64,000 nt of DNA from a virus: the IMG/VR virus record IMGVR_UViG_3300025141_007995, positions 2,730 to 66,729 of that record; one strand, given 5' to 3'. The position numbers and the translations under genes are program-made. Under the pieces are notes generated by a model. The model saw only the letters and a list, made by a program, of their open reading frames with translations. It did no database searches and was not told the origin of the DNA. The first letter of the stretch is position 1. Every line of letters begins with the position of its first letter. Below, one piece after another: positions 9,230 to 19,512 of the stretch.

Positions 9230-10153
9230 ATGCCAAAAAAAATTCCAAAGCAAGTTAAACTTGTCAAGGATAGTTATATAAAGCAATCTAAGAGTAACAA
9301 ACATATCTCTTATAGCCAATTATTTACCTATCTAAGTTGTAAACGTAAATGGGAGTTACAGTATCTTCGTAAGATAGCTCCATATGACCCGTCGATACAT
9401 GCCGTATTCGGATCGGCATTTCACGAAACATTACAGAATTATTTAGACGTTATGTACTCTAATACTGCAAAAGCAGCAGATGAAATAGATACAAATGCTT
9501 ACCTTTACGAAAGAATGTCTAAAAATTATAAAAGACAAAAAATGCAGAATGGAGGAGAACATTTCTCTGATCCTAATGAAATGAATATGTTCTGGTTAGA
9601 TGGTAAACATATAATGGAATATATTAAAAAGAAAAGAGGAGGATACTTTTCTAAAAAGAATACTTATCTAGCTGGTATAGAGACTTTACTTTATCAAGAG
9701 ATTAGACCTGGAGTATTTTTTAAAGGTTATATAGATTTAGTATTCTATGATAAAGTATTAGATGAATATACCTTAGTTGATATAAAAACATCTACAAAAG
9801 GTTGGAATAAATTTGCAAAAGCTGATGATAAGAAAATATTTCAATTACTTTTATATAAAGAGTATTTTTCTAGACAGTTTAACGTTCCTATAGAGAAGGT
9901 AAACGTTGAGTATTTTATAGTTAAAAGAAGAGTACCTATAGAAGCAGATTTTGCTGCTATGCAAAGAAGAGTCCAAGAGTTTAGACCAACAGCAGGAAAG
10001 ATTAAAAGAGGTAAAGCTCTATCAGCTATGAATAACTTTATAGTGGACGTTTTAGATAGTAATAATGAATATATAGATAAAAGTTACCACTGTACTGGTG
10101 ATAGGAGTCCATGCTGGCATTGCAATGTTTACGATGGAGTTTTAGAAAAATAG
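9230..10153 (+). CDS. PD-(D/E)XK Cas4/RecB-like exonuclease
   Basis: ISYSQL..C..GSAFHETL, KGYIDL, VDIKTS, QLLLY; C-terminal C..CWHC Fe-S-type ligands. Confidence 0.85.
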   Translation: MPKKIPKQVKLVKDSYIKQSKSNKHISYSQLFTYLSCKRKWELQYLRKIAPYDPSIHAVFGSAFHETLQNYLDVMYSNTAKAADEIDTNAYLYERMSKNYKRQKMQNGGEHFSDPNEMNMFWLDGKHIMEYIKKKRGGYFSKKNTYLAGIETLLYQEIRPGVFFKGYIDLVFYDKVLDEYTLVDIKTSTKGWNKFAKADDKKIFQLLLYKEYFSRQFNVPIEKVNVEYFIVKRRVPIEADFAAMQRRVQEFRPTAGKIKRGKALSAMNNFIVDVLDSNNEYIDKSYHCTGDRSPCWHCNVYDGVLEK

Positions 10154-10202
10154 CCTATTTATATATAAATATATACTTATATATTGTTATAAAACATTAG
10201 TT

Positions 10203-10391
10203 ATGATTAAAGATGAAAAGTTAACATCCGTTAAAATTACACAGCCTCACTTCGATAAATTCAAAATGGCATGCTTACAAGATAATTTTTCTTTTAAAAA
10301 GCTTGCAGATCGGGCAATTTTTCTTTATATTACAGATAAAGAGTTTAAGAGATTAATTCACGAAACTATATCCATTAAATTGAAAAAATGA
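10203..10391 (+). CDS. Small ribbon-helix-helix-like DNA-binding protein
   Basis: LTSVKI strand followed by two helices. Confidence 0.5.
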   Translation: MIKDEKLTSVKITQPHFDKFKMACLQDNFSFKKLADRAIFLYITDKEFKRLIHETISIKLKK

Positions 10392-11821
10392 TAGAAGGTT
10401 ATATTCCAAAGAACGAAAGAAAGAAAATAATATTACTTTGCGATGATATTAGAATGCATTCAGGTATTGCTACTATGGCAAGAGAGTTTGTAGTACACTT
10501 ATCTCATAAGTATAATTGGTTTCAGTTAGGAGCAGCTTTAAAACATCCTGATCAAGGTAAAACCTTTGATATTAGTCAAGATGTAGGAAAGAGAAAAGGT
10601 ATTAATGATGCAGATGTAAAAGTAATGTCGTGGAATGGATACGGAGACGCAGGAGTTGTAAGAAACTTGATTGCAAAAGAACAAGCAGATGCTATTTTTA
10701 TATTTACTGATCCAAGATACTGGGTATGGTTATTTGAAATAGAAAGAGAAGTAAGAAGTAAAATTCCTATCTTTTGGTTAAATATATGGGACGATTATCC
10801 TGCTCCTATGTACAATAGATCTTATTACGAATCAGTAGATTTATTAATGGGTATATCAAAACAGACAGTTAATATTAATAAATTAGTATTAGAGGAAAAA
10901 GCTAAAGATAAAGTTATAGAATATGTACCTCATGGTATAGATGAAAAAGATTTCTTTCCTATTAGAGAAGGACACGAGCTTTATCCTAAATTATTAGAGT
11001 TTAAAAAACAAACTGTACCTGTTGATGCTGAGTTTATAGTATATTTTAATTCTAGAAATATACATAGAAAAAGACCAGGTGATACGTTAATGGCTTATAA
11101 GCATTTCTGTGATCAAATAGGAGAAGAAAAAGCTAAGAAGACTGCTTTAGTTATGCATACTCAACCCTCTGATAATAATGGTACAGATCTTCAAGCTATG
11201 AAAAATACTTTCTACCCAGAAGGTAATATTTTCTTTTCTAGCCAAAAAATATCTCCTCAACAAATGAACTTTATGTATAATATGGCTGATTTAACTGTCT
11301 TATTATCATCTAATGAAGGCTGGGGATTATCTTTAACCGAATCTATGATGTGTGGTACTATGATATCAGCTAACGTTACAGGAGGTATGCAAGATCAAAT
11401 GAGATTTGTAGATGATAAAGGTAAATGGATAGAGTTTGATAGTGAGTTTCCTTCTAATCATAGAGGTACATATAAAGAACATGGTGAATGGGTTATACCA
11501 GTCTTTCCATCTAATATATCATTTACAGGTTCTCCTATGACTCCTTATATATACGATGATAGATTAAGTCCTGAAGATGCATCTAAAGCAATATTAGAAG
11601 CTTATGAATTAGGAAAAGAAGAAAGAAATAAAAGAGGATTAAAAGGTCATGAGTGGGTTATGTCTGATGAAGCAGGAATGTGTTCTTCTAAGATGAGTAA
11701 GAAAATAGGAGAGTGTATGGAGAAAGCTTTTAAAAACTTTAAACCTAGACCTTCTTATAGTGTTGTAAAGATAGAAAAGTATAAACCTCTTACTGTTAAA
11801 CATAAAATTACAGGTTATTAA
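10388..11821 (+). CDS. GT-B glycosyltransferase (GT4-like)
   Basis: SGIATMARE, YVPHGID, NSRNIHRKR, SNEGWGLSLTESM. Confidence 0.85.
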   Translation: MIEGYIPKNERKKIILLCDDIRMHSGIATMAREFVVHLSHKYNWFQLGAALKHPDQGKTFDISQDVGKRKGINDADVKVMSWNGYGDAGVVRNLIAKEQADAIFIFTDPRYWVWLFEIEREVRSKIPIFWLNIWDDYPAPMYNRSYYESVDLLMGISKQTVNINKLVLEEKAKDKVIEYVPHGIDEKDFFPIREGHELYPKLLEFKKQTVPVDAEFIVYFNSRNIHRKRPGDTLMAYKHFCDQIGEEKAKKTALVMHTQPSDNNGTDLQAMKNTFYPEGNIFFSSQKISPQQMNFMYNMADLTVLLSSNEGWGLSLTESMMCGTMISANVTGGMQDQMRFVDDKGKWIEFDSEFPSNHRGTYKEHGEWVIPVFPSNISFTGSPMTPYIYDDRLSPEDASKAILEAYELGKEERNKRGLKGHEWVMSDEAGMCSSKMSKKIGECMEKAFKNFKPRPSYSVVKIEKYKPLTVKHKITGY

Positions 11822-11822
11822 T

Positions 11823-13088
11823 ATGGATAAGATTTCAGTAGTAGTTAGTTCACCAGTAGATACTTACTCAGGTTACGGAGCAAGATCAAGAGACTTTGTA
11901 AAAGCATTAATAGCTTTAGGAAAGTACGATGTAAAATTATTATCTCAAAGATGGGGTAATACTAGATTTGGATATTTAGAAGATCACGAAGAAGATGATT
12001 TATTAGTAAATATTATCCCTCAAATGACTAGTGCCCCTGATATATGGATACAGATTACAGTACCTAATGAATTTCAAAAAGTAGGTAAGTATAACATAGG
12101 AGTTACAGCAGGTATAGAAACTACATTATGTGATAAAACATGGATAGAAGGTATTAATAGAATGGATTTAGTACTAACTTCTTCTGTTCATTCTAAAAAT
12201 GTTCTTGAAGAGACTAAATGGGATATAAAAGATAATAGAACAGGTCAAATAGTTGAAACATCAAAATCAAATATACCAATTAAGGTATTATTTGAAGGAA
12301 TAGATAATACAAAATATGGAGTTAATCCTAATACTGAATTTGACTTATCTTCTGTAAAAGAAGATTTTTGTTTCCTATTTGTAGGACATTGGCTGCAAGG
12401 TAATTTTGGTCATGATAGAAAGAACGTAGGTTATATGATTAAATCGTTCTTAGAAACGTTTAAAAACAAATCAAAACAACCAGCTCTTTTACTTAAAACC
12501 TCTCATGTAGGTAGTTCTATAATCGATCAAGATAGGATACTTAAGAAGATAGGAGAAATAAGGCAAAGTGTAAAAGGTAAGTTACCTAACATATACCTTA
12601 TACATGGAGAAGTACATGATACAGATATAAATAACTTGTACAATAACCCTAAAGTTAAAGCGATGGTCTGTTTAACTAAAGGAGAAGGCTTTGGTAGACC
12701 TCTATTAGAGTTCAGTGTCGTTAAAAAACCTATACTTACAACAGGTTGGTCTGGACATATGGACTTTTTAAATAATAGAGAAGCTTTCCTTTGTGGTGGT
12801 GAGATACATAAGTTAGATAATTCATCAATACAGAAAGGAGTATTGCTTCCTGAAAGTGAATGGTTTCAACCTGATGATGGTCAAGTAGGAGCAGGATATA
12901 AAGAAATTTATAAAAATTATAAAAAATGGGTACCTTTAGCTAAACAGCTAGGATTTAGAAATTCAAAAGACTTTAGTTTTGAATCTATGACTAAACTATT
13001 AGGAGAGATATTAGACGAAAGCTTACCAGAATTTCCTAAGCAAGTAGAGTTGAATTTACCTAAATTAGATTTACCTAAATTAAAATAG
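11823..13088 (+). CDS. GT-B glycosyltransferase (GT4-like)
   Basis: SGYG, FLFVG..RKN, KGEGFGRPLLE, TGWSGHMDF. Confidence 0.85.
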   Translation: MDKISVVVSSPVDTYSGYGARSRDFVKALIALGKYDVKLLSQRWGNTRFGYLEDHEEDDLLVNIIPQMTSAPDIWIQITVPNEFQKVGKYNIGVTAGIETTLCDKTWIEGINRMDLVLTSSVHSKNVLEETKWDIKDNRTGQIVETSKSNIPIKVLFEGIDNTKYGVNPNTEFDLSSVKEDFCFLFVGHWLQGNFGHDRKNVGYMIKSFLETFKNKSKQPALLLKTSHVGSSIIDQDRILKKIGEIRQSVKGKLPNIYLIHGEVHDTDINNLYNNPKVKAMVCLTKGEGFGRPLLEFSVVKKPILTTGWSGHMDFLNNREAFLCGGEIHKLDNSSIQKGVLLPESEWFQPDDGQVGAGYKEIYKNYKKWVPLAKQLGFRNSKDFSFESMTKLLGEILDESLPEFPKQVELNLPKLDLPKLK

Positions 13089-13090
13089 TT

Positions 13091-13552
13091 ATGAAAAAAG
13101 ATAGATTAGTAAAAGGTCCTTTTGGTAGCGATGCTTGTTATGAACAAACGTTTACACAAGAAGGAGAGGAAGTTAAAACTTGGCTTTGTATGGGCAGCGG
13201 TTTTAGTACTTCTACTAAAATGGATAAAGATTCTAAGATAGTAAAAGATACATTAGAAACTTCTCCTGAATTATATAAAGATTTAATGCACATAGATGAA
13301 AATGATAGAGCATGGTTTCCTGCTACAATTACTCTTCCTGGTAAAGGAATGGTATTTGCAGATGGTACAGATAAGAAGAATTGGAGATGGGCAGCTATCA
13401 AAGCAAAAGTATTAACAGAAGAAGAAATTAAATCAGGTAAGTATCCAAAAGACCAAACACATAAAATGGATATGAAAAATATGTCACATTTTGACGCTAA
13501 TAAAGGATTTATGGACGCTTTAGAAATTATAGGATTTTATGAAGTCAATTAG
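13091..13552 (+). CDS. Hypothetical protein within the glycan cluster
   Basis: 153-aa ORF tightly coupled to its neighbours. Confidence 0.7.
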   Translation: MKKDRLVKGPFGSDACYEQTFTQEGEEVKTWLCMGSGFSTSTKMDKDSKIVKDTLETSPELYKDLMHIDENDRAWFPATITLPGKGMVFADGTDKKNWRWAAIKAKVLTEEEIKSGKYPKDQTHKMDMKNMSHFDANKGFMDALEIIGFYEVN

Positions 13553-14171
13553 TTACGCAATTACAGTATGTAATGAGTTTGTAGAAATACAAAATCTCGT
13601 TCCTTTTCTTTTACAGCATAAAAGAGATGAAGATCAAATAGTAGTTTTATACGATCAAAATAACGGTACCGAAGGAGTAGAAGACTTCTTAAGAGCTAAG
13701 AGTGTTAATAATGACTTTAGCTGGTACCCTGGTACATTTAATAGAGACTTTAGTGAGTGGAAAAATCTACTTACCAGTCACTGTAGAGGAGATTATATAT
13801 TTCAAATAGATGCTGACGAATTACCAGATGAAGCATTAATTAAAAATCTACCTAGACTATTAGAAGCTAATCCTGATAATGAAGTTTACCTTACTCCAAG
13901 AATAAACACAGTTAAAGGTTTAACTCAAGAACATATTGGAAGATGGCAATGGAGAGTAAATGAAAAAGGATGGGTTAACTGGCCTGACTATCAATGGAGA
14001 ATATGGCAAAATAAACCTGAAATAAAATGGGTAAATAAAGTTCATGAAAAGCTATCAGGCTATAAAACATTTGCTGCATTACCAGCCTCACCTAAATATG
14101 CTTTATATCATCCAAAAGATATTATTAGACAGGAAAGACAAAATGCATTTTATAACACTATAACAGATTAA
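13539..14171 (+). CDS. GT-A glycosyltransferase (GT2-like)
   Basis: ISYAITVCNE, DFS..KN, IFQIDADE (DxD), WPDYQWR, VHE. Confidence 0.85.
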   Translation: MKSISYAITVCNEFVEIQNLVPFLLQHKRDEDQIVVLYDQNNGTEGVEDFLRAKSVNNDFSWYPGTFNRDFSEWKNLLTSHCRGDYIFQIDADELPDEALIKNLPRLLEANPDNEVYLTPRINTVKGLTQEHIGRWQWRVNEKGWVNWPDYQWRIWQNKPEIKWVNKVHEKLSGYKTFAALPASPKYALYHPKDIIRQERQNAFYNTITD

Positions 14172-14173
14172 TT

Positions 14174-14590
14174 ATGGGAGCACCATTTATATTACAAGAA
14201 GATTCAATTAAAGATGTAGTTAACTCAGTAGGAGTAATAACTGATTATTTAAAAAAGTTTGAACAAAAAGATATTTCATTAGTTAAATTATTTGCTGATG
14301 ATGTAGAGCTTATAGATTGGAATATTCATAGGAAAGGTTTTGACGATGTAGTTAAAGCTTACGAAGATATATTCAAAGCAGTAAATACTTTTAAAATTAC
14401 TAGCCCCGGTATTGGAGATGTATCATCTACAGATTCAGTTCTACTCTACCCAGTCATTAAAGTAGATGCTCAAGCATTTTTATGTAGAATAGATATAACG
14501 ATTGATAATAAAGAACCTTTAAAAGTTATTGATATAATTACTCTAAACAGTAAAGGTTTAATTAGTAAAATTAACGCCTTTAAGCAATAA
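14174..14590 (+). CDS. SnoaL/NTF2-like protein
   Basis: Y..F..KD....LFADDV.L.DW and a C-terminal GLISKINAF strand. Confidence 0.7.
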   Translation: MGAPFILQEDSIKDVVNSVGVITDYLKKFEQKDISLVKLFADDVELIDWNIHRKGFDDVVKAYEDIFKAVNTFKITSPGIGDVSSTDSVLLYPVIKVDAQAFLCRIDITIDNKEPLKVIDIITLNSKGLISKINAFKQ

Positions 14591-15402
14591 TGAAAGTAGG
14601 TATTATAGGAAATGGTTTTGTAGGAGAAGCACAAGCATTTGCTTTTAGTCCTACGTACGAAATAAAAATTTATGATGTTGATCCTCTAAAGAGTTTAAAT
14701 ACTTTAGAAGAAGTACATAACTGTGGAGTAGTATTTGTTTGTGTACCATCTCCTATGAATGAAGATGGCTCTCAAAACTTATCATATATCGAAGAAGTTT
14801 TTGATAATGCTACACCTCGCCCAGTATATGTTATAAAATCAACAGTTATACCTGGTACGACACGTCTCTTACAAGAGAAATATAAAGATTTAAGTATAGT
14901 GTTTAGTCCTGAATTTTTAACTCAAAGAACCGCTAAATTAGATATGATGACTCAAGCAAGAATTATATTTGGAGGTGATGATATAACTACAAGAGCATTA
15001 GAAGATTTTTATTCTAAAAGATTTAAAAATAGAAACTATATCCATACTGATTCAACTACAGCAGAGTTAATTAAATATATGAATAATACTTTCTTTGCTA
15101 CTAAAGTATCATTTATGAATGAGTTTAAAATATTAGCTGATAAGTTAGGAGTAGATTGGAAAACAGCAATATGGGGATTTGCATCAGATCATAGATTAGG
15201 AGACAGTCATTTAGATGTTCCTGGTCCTGATGGTAAATTAGGTTTTGGAGGAACTTGCTTTCCAAAAGATATTAATGCTATCATAGATGTAGCAAATAAT
15301 AATAAAGTTGATATGAAAGTATTAAAAGCAGCCTGGAAAACTAATTTAGAAGTAAGACCTGAAAAGGATTGGGAAAAATTAAAAGGAAAAGCAGTAGTAT
15401 GA
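14590..15402 (+). CDS. Short UDP-glucose/GDP-mannose dehydrogenase family protein (no C-terminal domain)
   Basis: GNGFVG, VCVPSP, KSTVIPGTT, PEFL, AELIKY..N.F.ATK, GFGGTCFPKD. Confidence 0.88.
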   Translation: MKVGIIGNGFVGEAQAFAFSPTYEIKIYDVDPLKSLNTLEEVHNCGVVFVCVPSPMNEDGSQNLSYIEEVFDNATPRPVYVIKSTVIPGTTRLLQEKYKDLSIVFSPEFLTQRTAKLDMMTQARIIFGGDDITTRALEDFYSKRFKNRNYIHTDSTTAELIKYMNNTFFATKVSFMNEFKILADKLGVDWKTAIWGFASDHRLGDSHLDVPGPDGKLGFGGTCFPKDINAIIDVANNNKVDMKVLKAAWKTNLEVRPEKDWEKLKGKAVV

Positions 15403-16484
15403 AAACAAAGATACGTAAAAAGTCCGCTTTAGTTCTAGGTGGAGGAGGATTTATAGGAGGACATTTAGCTAAAAGATTAAAAGAAGAAGGGTTTTGGGTT
15501 AGAATAGTAGATATCAAACACAAACATGAATATTTTAATCATAACGATATATGTAACGATTATGTAGCAGGTGACTTAAGAGACCCTAAAGTAGTTGAAG
15601 CAGTATTTAGAATAGAAACAGATCCTAATCATAAGGATGTTATTTATAACTATAATTTCTATAAACAACCTTTTACTAACGTAGAAGCTTTTGATGAAGT
15701 TTATCAATTAGCTGCTGATATGGGAGGAGCTGGCTATATATTTACCGGAGATAATGATGCAAATGTTATGCATAACTCAGCATTAGTAAACTTAAATGTA
15801 GTAAACGAAGCTACTAAAACCGGAGTAGGTAGAATATTTTATTCTTCATCAGCTTGTATGTACCCAGAACATAATCAATTAGATCCTGATAACCCTAATT
15901 GTGAAGAGTCATCAGCTTACCCAGCAGATCCAGATAGTGAATACGGATGGGAAAAACTATTTAGTGAGAGATTATATTTTGCTTTTAATAGAAATTATAA
16001 TTTAGATGTAAGAGTAGCTCGTTATCATAATATTTTTGGTCCTGAAGGAACATACGATGGAGGTAGAGAGAAAGCTCCTGCTGCTATGTGCCGTAAAGCT
16101 GCTGAAGGAAAAGAAGAAATAGAAGTATGGGGAAGTGGTAATCAAACAAGATCATTTATGTATGTAGACGAATGTGTTGAAGCTACTTTAAGGTTAATGA
16201 GACAAGATAAGTTCTTAGGCCCTGTTAATATTGGATCAGAAGAAATGGTTACTATTAATGAATTAGCTCAAATAGCAATAGACCTTTCCGGAAATAATCT
16301 TTCTATAAAAAATATTGATGGTCAAGAGTTTATAGACAAATATGGCTTTCCTTGTCCGTTAGGAGTAAATGGTAGAAATTCTCATAATAAATTATATAGA
16401 CAAAAAATAGGATGGGAGTCTAAAGCTACTCTTAAAGAAGGAATGGCTAAAACTTTTAAATGGATTAAAAAACAAATAAAATGA
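15399..16484 (+). CDS. NAD-dependent epimerase, GDP-mannose 3,5-epimerase-like
   Basis: GGGGFIG, QLAADMGGAGYI, SSACMYP, YGWEK, GGREKAPAAMCRK; start moved to the ATG at 15399. Confidence 0.88.
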   Translation: MKTKIRKKSALVLGGGGFIGGHLAKRLKEEGFWVRIVDIKHKHEYFNHNDICNDYVAGDLRDPKVVEAVFRIETDPNHKDVIYNYNFYKQPFTNVEAFDEVYQLAADMGGAGYIFTGDNDANVMHNSALVNLNVVNEATKTGVGRIFYSSSACMYPEHNQLDPDNPNCEESSAYPADPDSEYGWEKLFSERLYFAFNRNYNLDVRVARYHNIFGPEGTYDGGREKAPAAMCRKAAEGKEEIEVWGSGNQTRSFMYVDECVEATLRLMRQDKFLGPVNIGSEEMVTINELAQIAIDLSGNNLSIKNIDGQEFIDKYGFPCPLGVNGRNSHNKLYRQKIGWESKATLKEGMAKTFKWIKKQIK

Positions 16485-16789
16485 TAAGTAAAAGAGCAAA
16501 AACATTTTTCGATTATAATAAAATATTATTTACTTTATCTAAAGTTATTGGAGCATGGGTGAATGGCAATACTGAACTGGTAGGAGTAAATAGTAATTAT
16601 GAAAAAAGAATAATAGACGTAGATACTGACTTTGTACCTGCTACTAAAGATAACGGTTGGAAGTTTTCTATAGTTCTATCGTACGATTTAAGTAATAACC
16701 TTAATAAAGAACAAGTAGCAACAACTCTTAATAGCTTAATATCAGATACAATCGACCCTTTACCTCGTAATAATAGAACTAGTGGATAA
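16481..16789 (+). CDS. Hypothetical protein
   Basis: 102-aa coupled ORF. Confidence 0.6.
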   Translation: MISKRAKTFFDYNKILFTLSKVIGAWVNGNTELVGVNSNYEKRIIDVDTDFVPATKDNGWKFSIVLSYDLSNNLNKEQVATTLNSLISDTIDPLPRNNRTSG

Positions 16790-17027
16790 AATAAGAAAAC
16801 TATTAGTTATGTTTGGTAACCTATTCGATCCAGGATGGTATGCTAATAAGATAAACGAAAAGTTAGGAGTTTATGAGTGGGCAAAGAAAAGTAAGTTTCG
16901 TAAATGGCAAGAAGGTTTAACAGGCTGGAAGTTTTGGGCTTGGCAGTTAGTAGGAGGTTTAACTTTTGTTATTGTTATAGAGTTCTTACTCAATAAAATA
17001 GGTATGACAATGTTACCTTGGAAATAA
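16782..17027 (+). CDS. Small Trp-rich membrane protein
   Basis: C-terminal TM helix, GTG start. Confidence 0.6.
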   Translation: MDKIRKLLVMFGNLFDPGWYANKINEKLGVYEWAKKSKFRKWQEGLTGWKFWAWQLVGGLTFVIVIEFLLNKIGMTMLPWK

Positions 17028-17031
17028 AAAA

Positions 17032-17823
17032 ATGAATAAAAAGATATTACTATTTACGACTATTGGTGAACTCTCTGAAGAGTCTCAAGCTCATGTTAAT
17101 GCTAGCTTTCAATCTTGGAAAGATTACGGTTTAGACATATTAGTATTTGGTGAAACTTTTCATAAGGATTTATGTAATAAGTTCGATGCTAAACTAGATA
17201 CATCAGTAGAGAAATCAGAATTTGGTATACCATTAGTTAGGAGTTTATTTTTAAAAGCGTTGGAATATGATGGATTTGATATGTTTTGTTATATTAATTC
17301 TGACATTATTTTTGACAAAGATCCTAGACGAGTACTTGAACTAATTGAGTTTAAATCGTTTATGGCTGTTGGACAAAGATTAGATGTATGGGATTGGCCT
17401 AATATAACCAAAAAGGAAGCTCATAATCCAGGAGGTATCGATTACTTCTTTATGACAAAAGACTTTAGAGACTGGAGCGATATGCCAGACTTTAGTGTAG
17501 CTAGAGGAAGATTCGATCATTGGATTATGGGCAAGGCCTTAGAAAGTGGCAAAGCAGTAGTAGACCTTACTAAAGTATTTTTACCAATTCATCCTGAACC
17601 TAAGAATAGGATATCAGCTAATCCTGATGTACAGTATGCTAATGGAATGGTTAAGTTAGGATATCAACAGTATAGAAATATGAATATATTTTTAGACTTA
17701 CAATGTCATGGACAAATTAATATGACACCTTTTATAATGACTAAAAAAGGATTAGAGAAAAGAACTGAAATACCCTTAAATGAGTTTAAACACCAATTCG
17801 AATACGACTATGAAAAATTTTGA
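17032..17823 (+). CDS. GT-A-like glycosyltransferase
   Basis: FGIPLV, CYINSDIIF (DxD-like), GQRLD, GIDYFF, FDHW. Confidence 0.65.
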   Translation: MNKKILLFTTIGELSEESQAHVNASFQSWKDYGLDILVFGETFHKDLCNKFDAKLDTSVEKSEFGIPLVRSLFLKALEYDGFDMFCYINSDIIFDKDPRRVLELIEFKSFMAVGQRLDVWDWPNITKKEAHNPGGIDYFFMTKDFRDWSDMPDFSVARGRFDHWIMGKALESGKAVVDLTKVFLPIHPEPKNRISANPDVQYANGMVKLGYQQYRNMNIFLDLQCHGQINMTPFIMTKKGLEKRTEIPLNEFKHQFEYDYEKF

Positions 17824-18184
17824 TTTATCTGAACCTAAAATTATAGTATTTGATTTAGACGGTACTTTGTTAAATGTTGATAAAAACCATTACGATAAAG
17901 CTACTCCTATCAAGCATAGAGTAAATATGGTTAATAAACTATACGATGAAGGTCATACGATTATAATAGAGACAGCTAGAGGATGCGTAAGTGGAAAAAA
18001 TTATTTCTTTTATACTTTAGAACAATGCAAAAAGTTTGGTTTAAAATTCCATACACTTCGTACAGGAGTTAAGTATGGAGCAGATCTATTTGTAGATGAT
18101 AAAGGAATGTTAGATAATGATTTCTTCAAAGATGATGGAGAAGGAAAAAAATTAGAACCTTGGCAGTATAAAGATCGTGATTAA
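17810..18184 (+). CDS. HAD phosphatase (capsule-biosynthesis type)
   Basis: FDLDGTL, ETARG, DLFVDDK. Confidence 0.85.
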   Translation: MKNFDLSEPKIIVFDLDGTLLNVDKNHYDKATPIKHRVNMVNKLYDEGHTIIIETARGCVSGKNYFFYTLEQCKKFGLKFHTLRTGVKYGADLFVDDKGMLDNDFFKDDGEGKKLEPWQYKDRD

Positions 18185-19512
18185 TGGCTAGTATAAGAAA
18201 GTTTATAAGCAAAAGTCCAAACATAGTAAAAAAGTTATATTATAAATTAGTTCCTTTCTATAAAAGATACGGATCAGAATTTAGAGATACTTATGACTTC
18301 TTACTCCATTCGATAGATTTTACCCCTTCCCAACTAAAGGAGTATCAGTTTTTTAAGTTAAGAGAAACTATCTCTAATGCTTATGAAAACATACCCTACT
18401 ATCATAAGTTGATGGTTGATTACGGTGTACCTAGATATATACACGATCCTTCTGATATTTCTAAGTTACCTATACTTACTAAACAATTAGTAAAAGATAA
18501 TTGGAAAGATTTAATCAATAAAAAATATAAAGGTGACATAATTACTTTCAAAACCTCAGGTTCAACTGGAGAGAAATTTAAGTTTTTAGGTAATGATAAT
18601 TTATATAAAAGAGAAGCTGCATTTGTATTAAGAGCATTTAATATGCATAATGCCTCCCTATATGATAAACCTTCTGTATGGGTTAGAAGATATGCTCCTA
18701 AAGTTGGAGAGCCAATATCATATACTGATCATGAATTAAATAGAGTATATCTATCACCTTTTAATTTATCTCCTACTACTATTGAAAGCTATGTTAGAGA
18801 AATAGATAGAACATCAGCTGAAACTTTAGTTACTTATCCATCATTAGCTAATTTTATGGCTAATTTAATGTATGATAAATGTTTAAGGTTTAAAAAAATT
18901 AAATCAATTCATGTAGCATCTGAAATGATACTTCCGGAATGGAGAAATAATGTAAGAGCTAAATTAGGAATTAATCTGTATGCTCATTACGGTATGATGG
19001 AGAAGGTATCTTTCTTTTCTAATTTTTTAGGTAGTGATAAGTATGCTGAAAGTTTAGAGTACGGCTTTACTGAGATAGTAAACGGTGATGTTATAGGTAC
19101 TGGCTTCTTAAATGATGTAATGCCTTTTATACGTTATTCTCCCGGTGATAGAGCTGTTAAAAACAGTGACATTGAGTACTTCAATGCATTACCGGTAAGT
19201 GTAGATGATTTTATAGGAAGATCTACAGATATGATTTTTACTAAAGATGGTAGAAAGTTATCTGGAGTCAATTTTTATACTATGATGTATAAAATACCTG
19301 GAGTTGAAATGTTTCAAATAACTCAAAAGTCTATTAATGAAATAATAGTTGATTATATACCTTCTGATAAATGGGGAAAAGATACAGAAAACTGTATTAT
19401 AGATGGTATGGAAGATAGAGTAGGTAAAGATATAAAATTAAAAGTTAATTCAGTTATAGAGTTAGAAAGAAGCTCTACTGGAAAATTTAAAACGATTAAA
19501 AATGAATGTTAA
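18184..19512 (+). CDS. Phenylacetate-CoA ligase / CapK-like adenylating enzyme
   Basis: LPILTK, TSGSTG, YPS, HYGMME, MPFIRY..GD, GRSTD, STGKFK. Confidence 0.85.
   Translation: MASIRKFISKSPNIVKKLYYKLVPFYKRYGSEFRDTYDFLLHSIDFTPSQLKEYQFFKLRETISNAYENIPYYHKLMVDYGVPRYIHDPSDISKLPILTKQLVKDNWKDLINKKYKGDIITFKTSGSTGEKFKFLGNDNLYKREAAFVLRAFNMHNASLYDKPSVWVRRYAPKVGEPISYTDHELNRVYLSPFNLSPTTIESYVREIDRTSAETLVTYPSLANFMANLMYDKCLRFKKIKSIHVASEMILPEWRNNVRAKLGINLYAHYGMMEKVSFFSNFLGSDKYAESLEYGFTEIVNGDVIGTGFLNDVMPFIRYSPGDRAVKNSDIEYFNALPVSVDDFIGRSTDMIFTKDGRKLSGVNFYTMMYKIPGVEMFQITQKSINEIIVDYIPSDKWGKDTENCIIDGMEDRVGKDIKLKVNSVIELERSSTGKFKTIKNEC

Noticed and set aside
9230-10153. Cas4-like gene as evidence of a CRISPR system
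   Set aside because: No repeat-spacer array or other cas genes seen; stand-alone Cas4-like nucleases are common in phages
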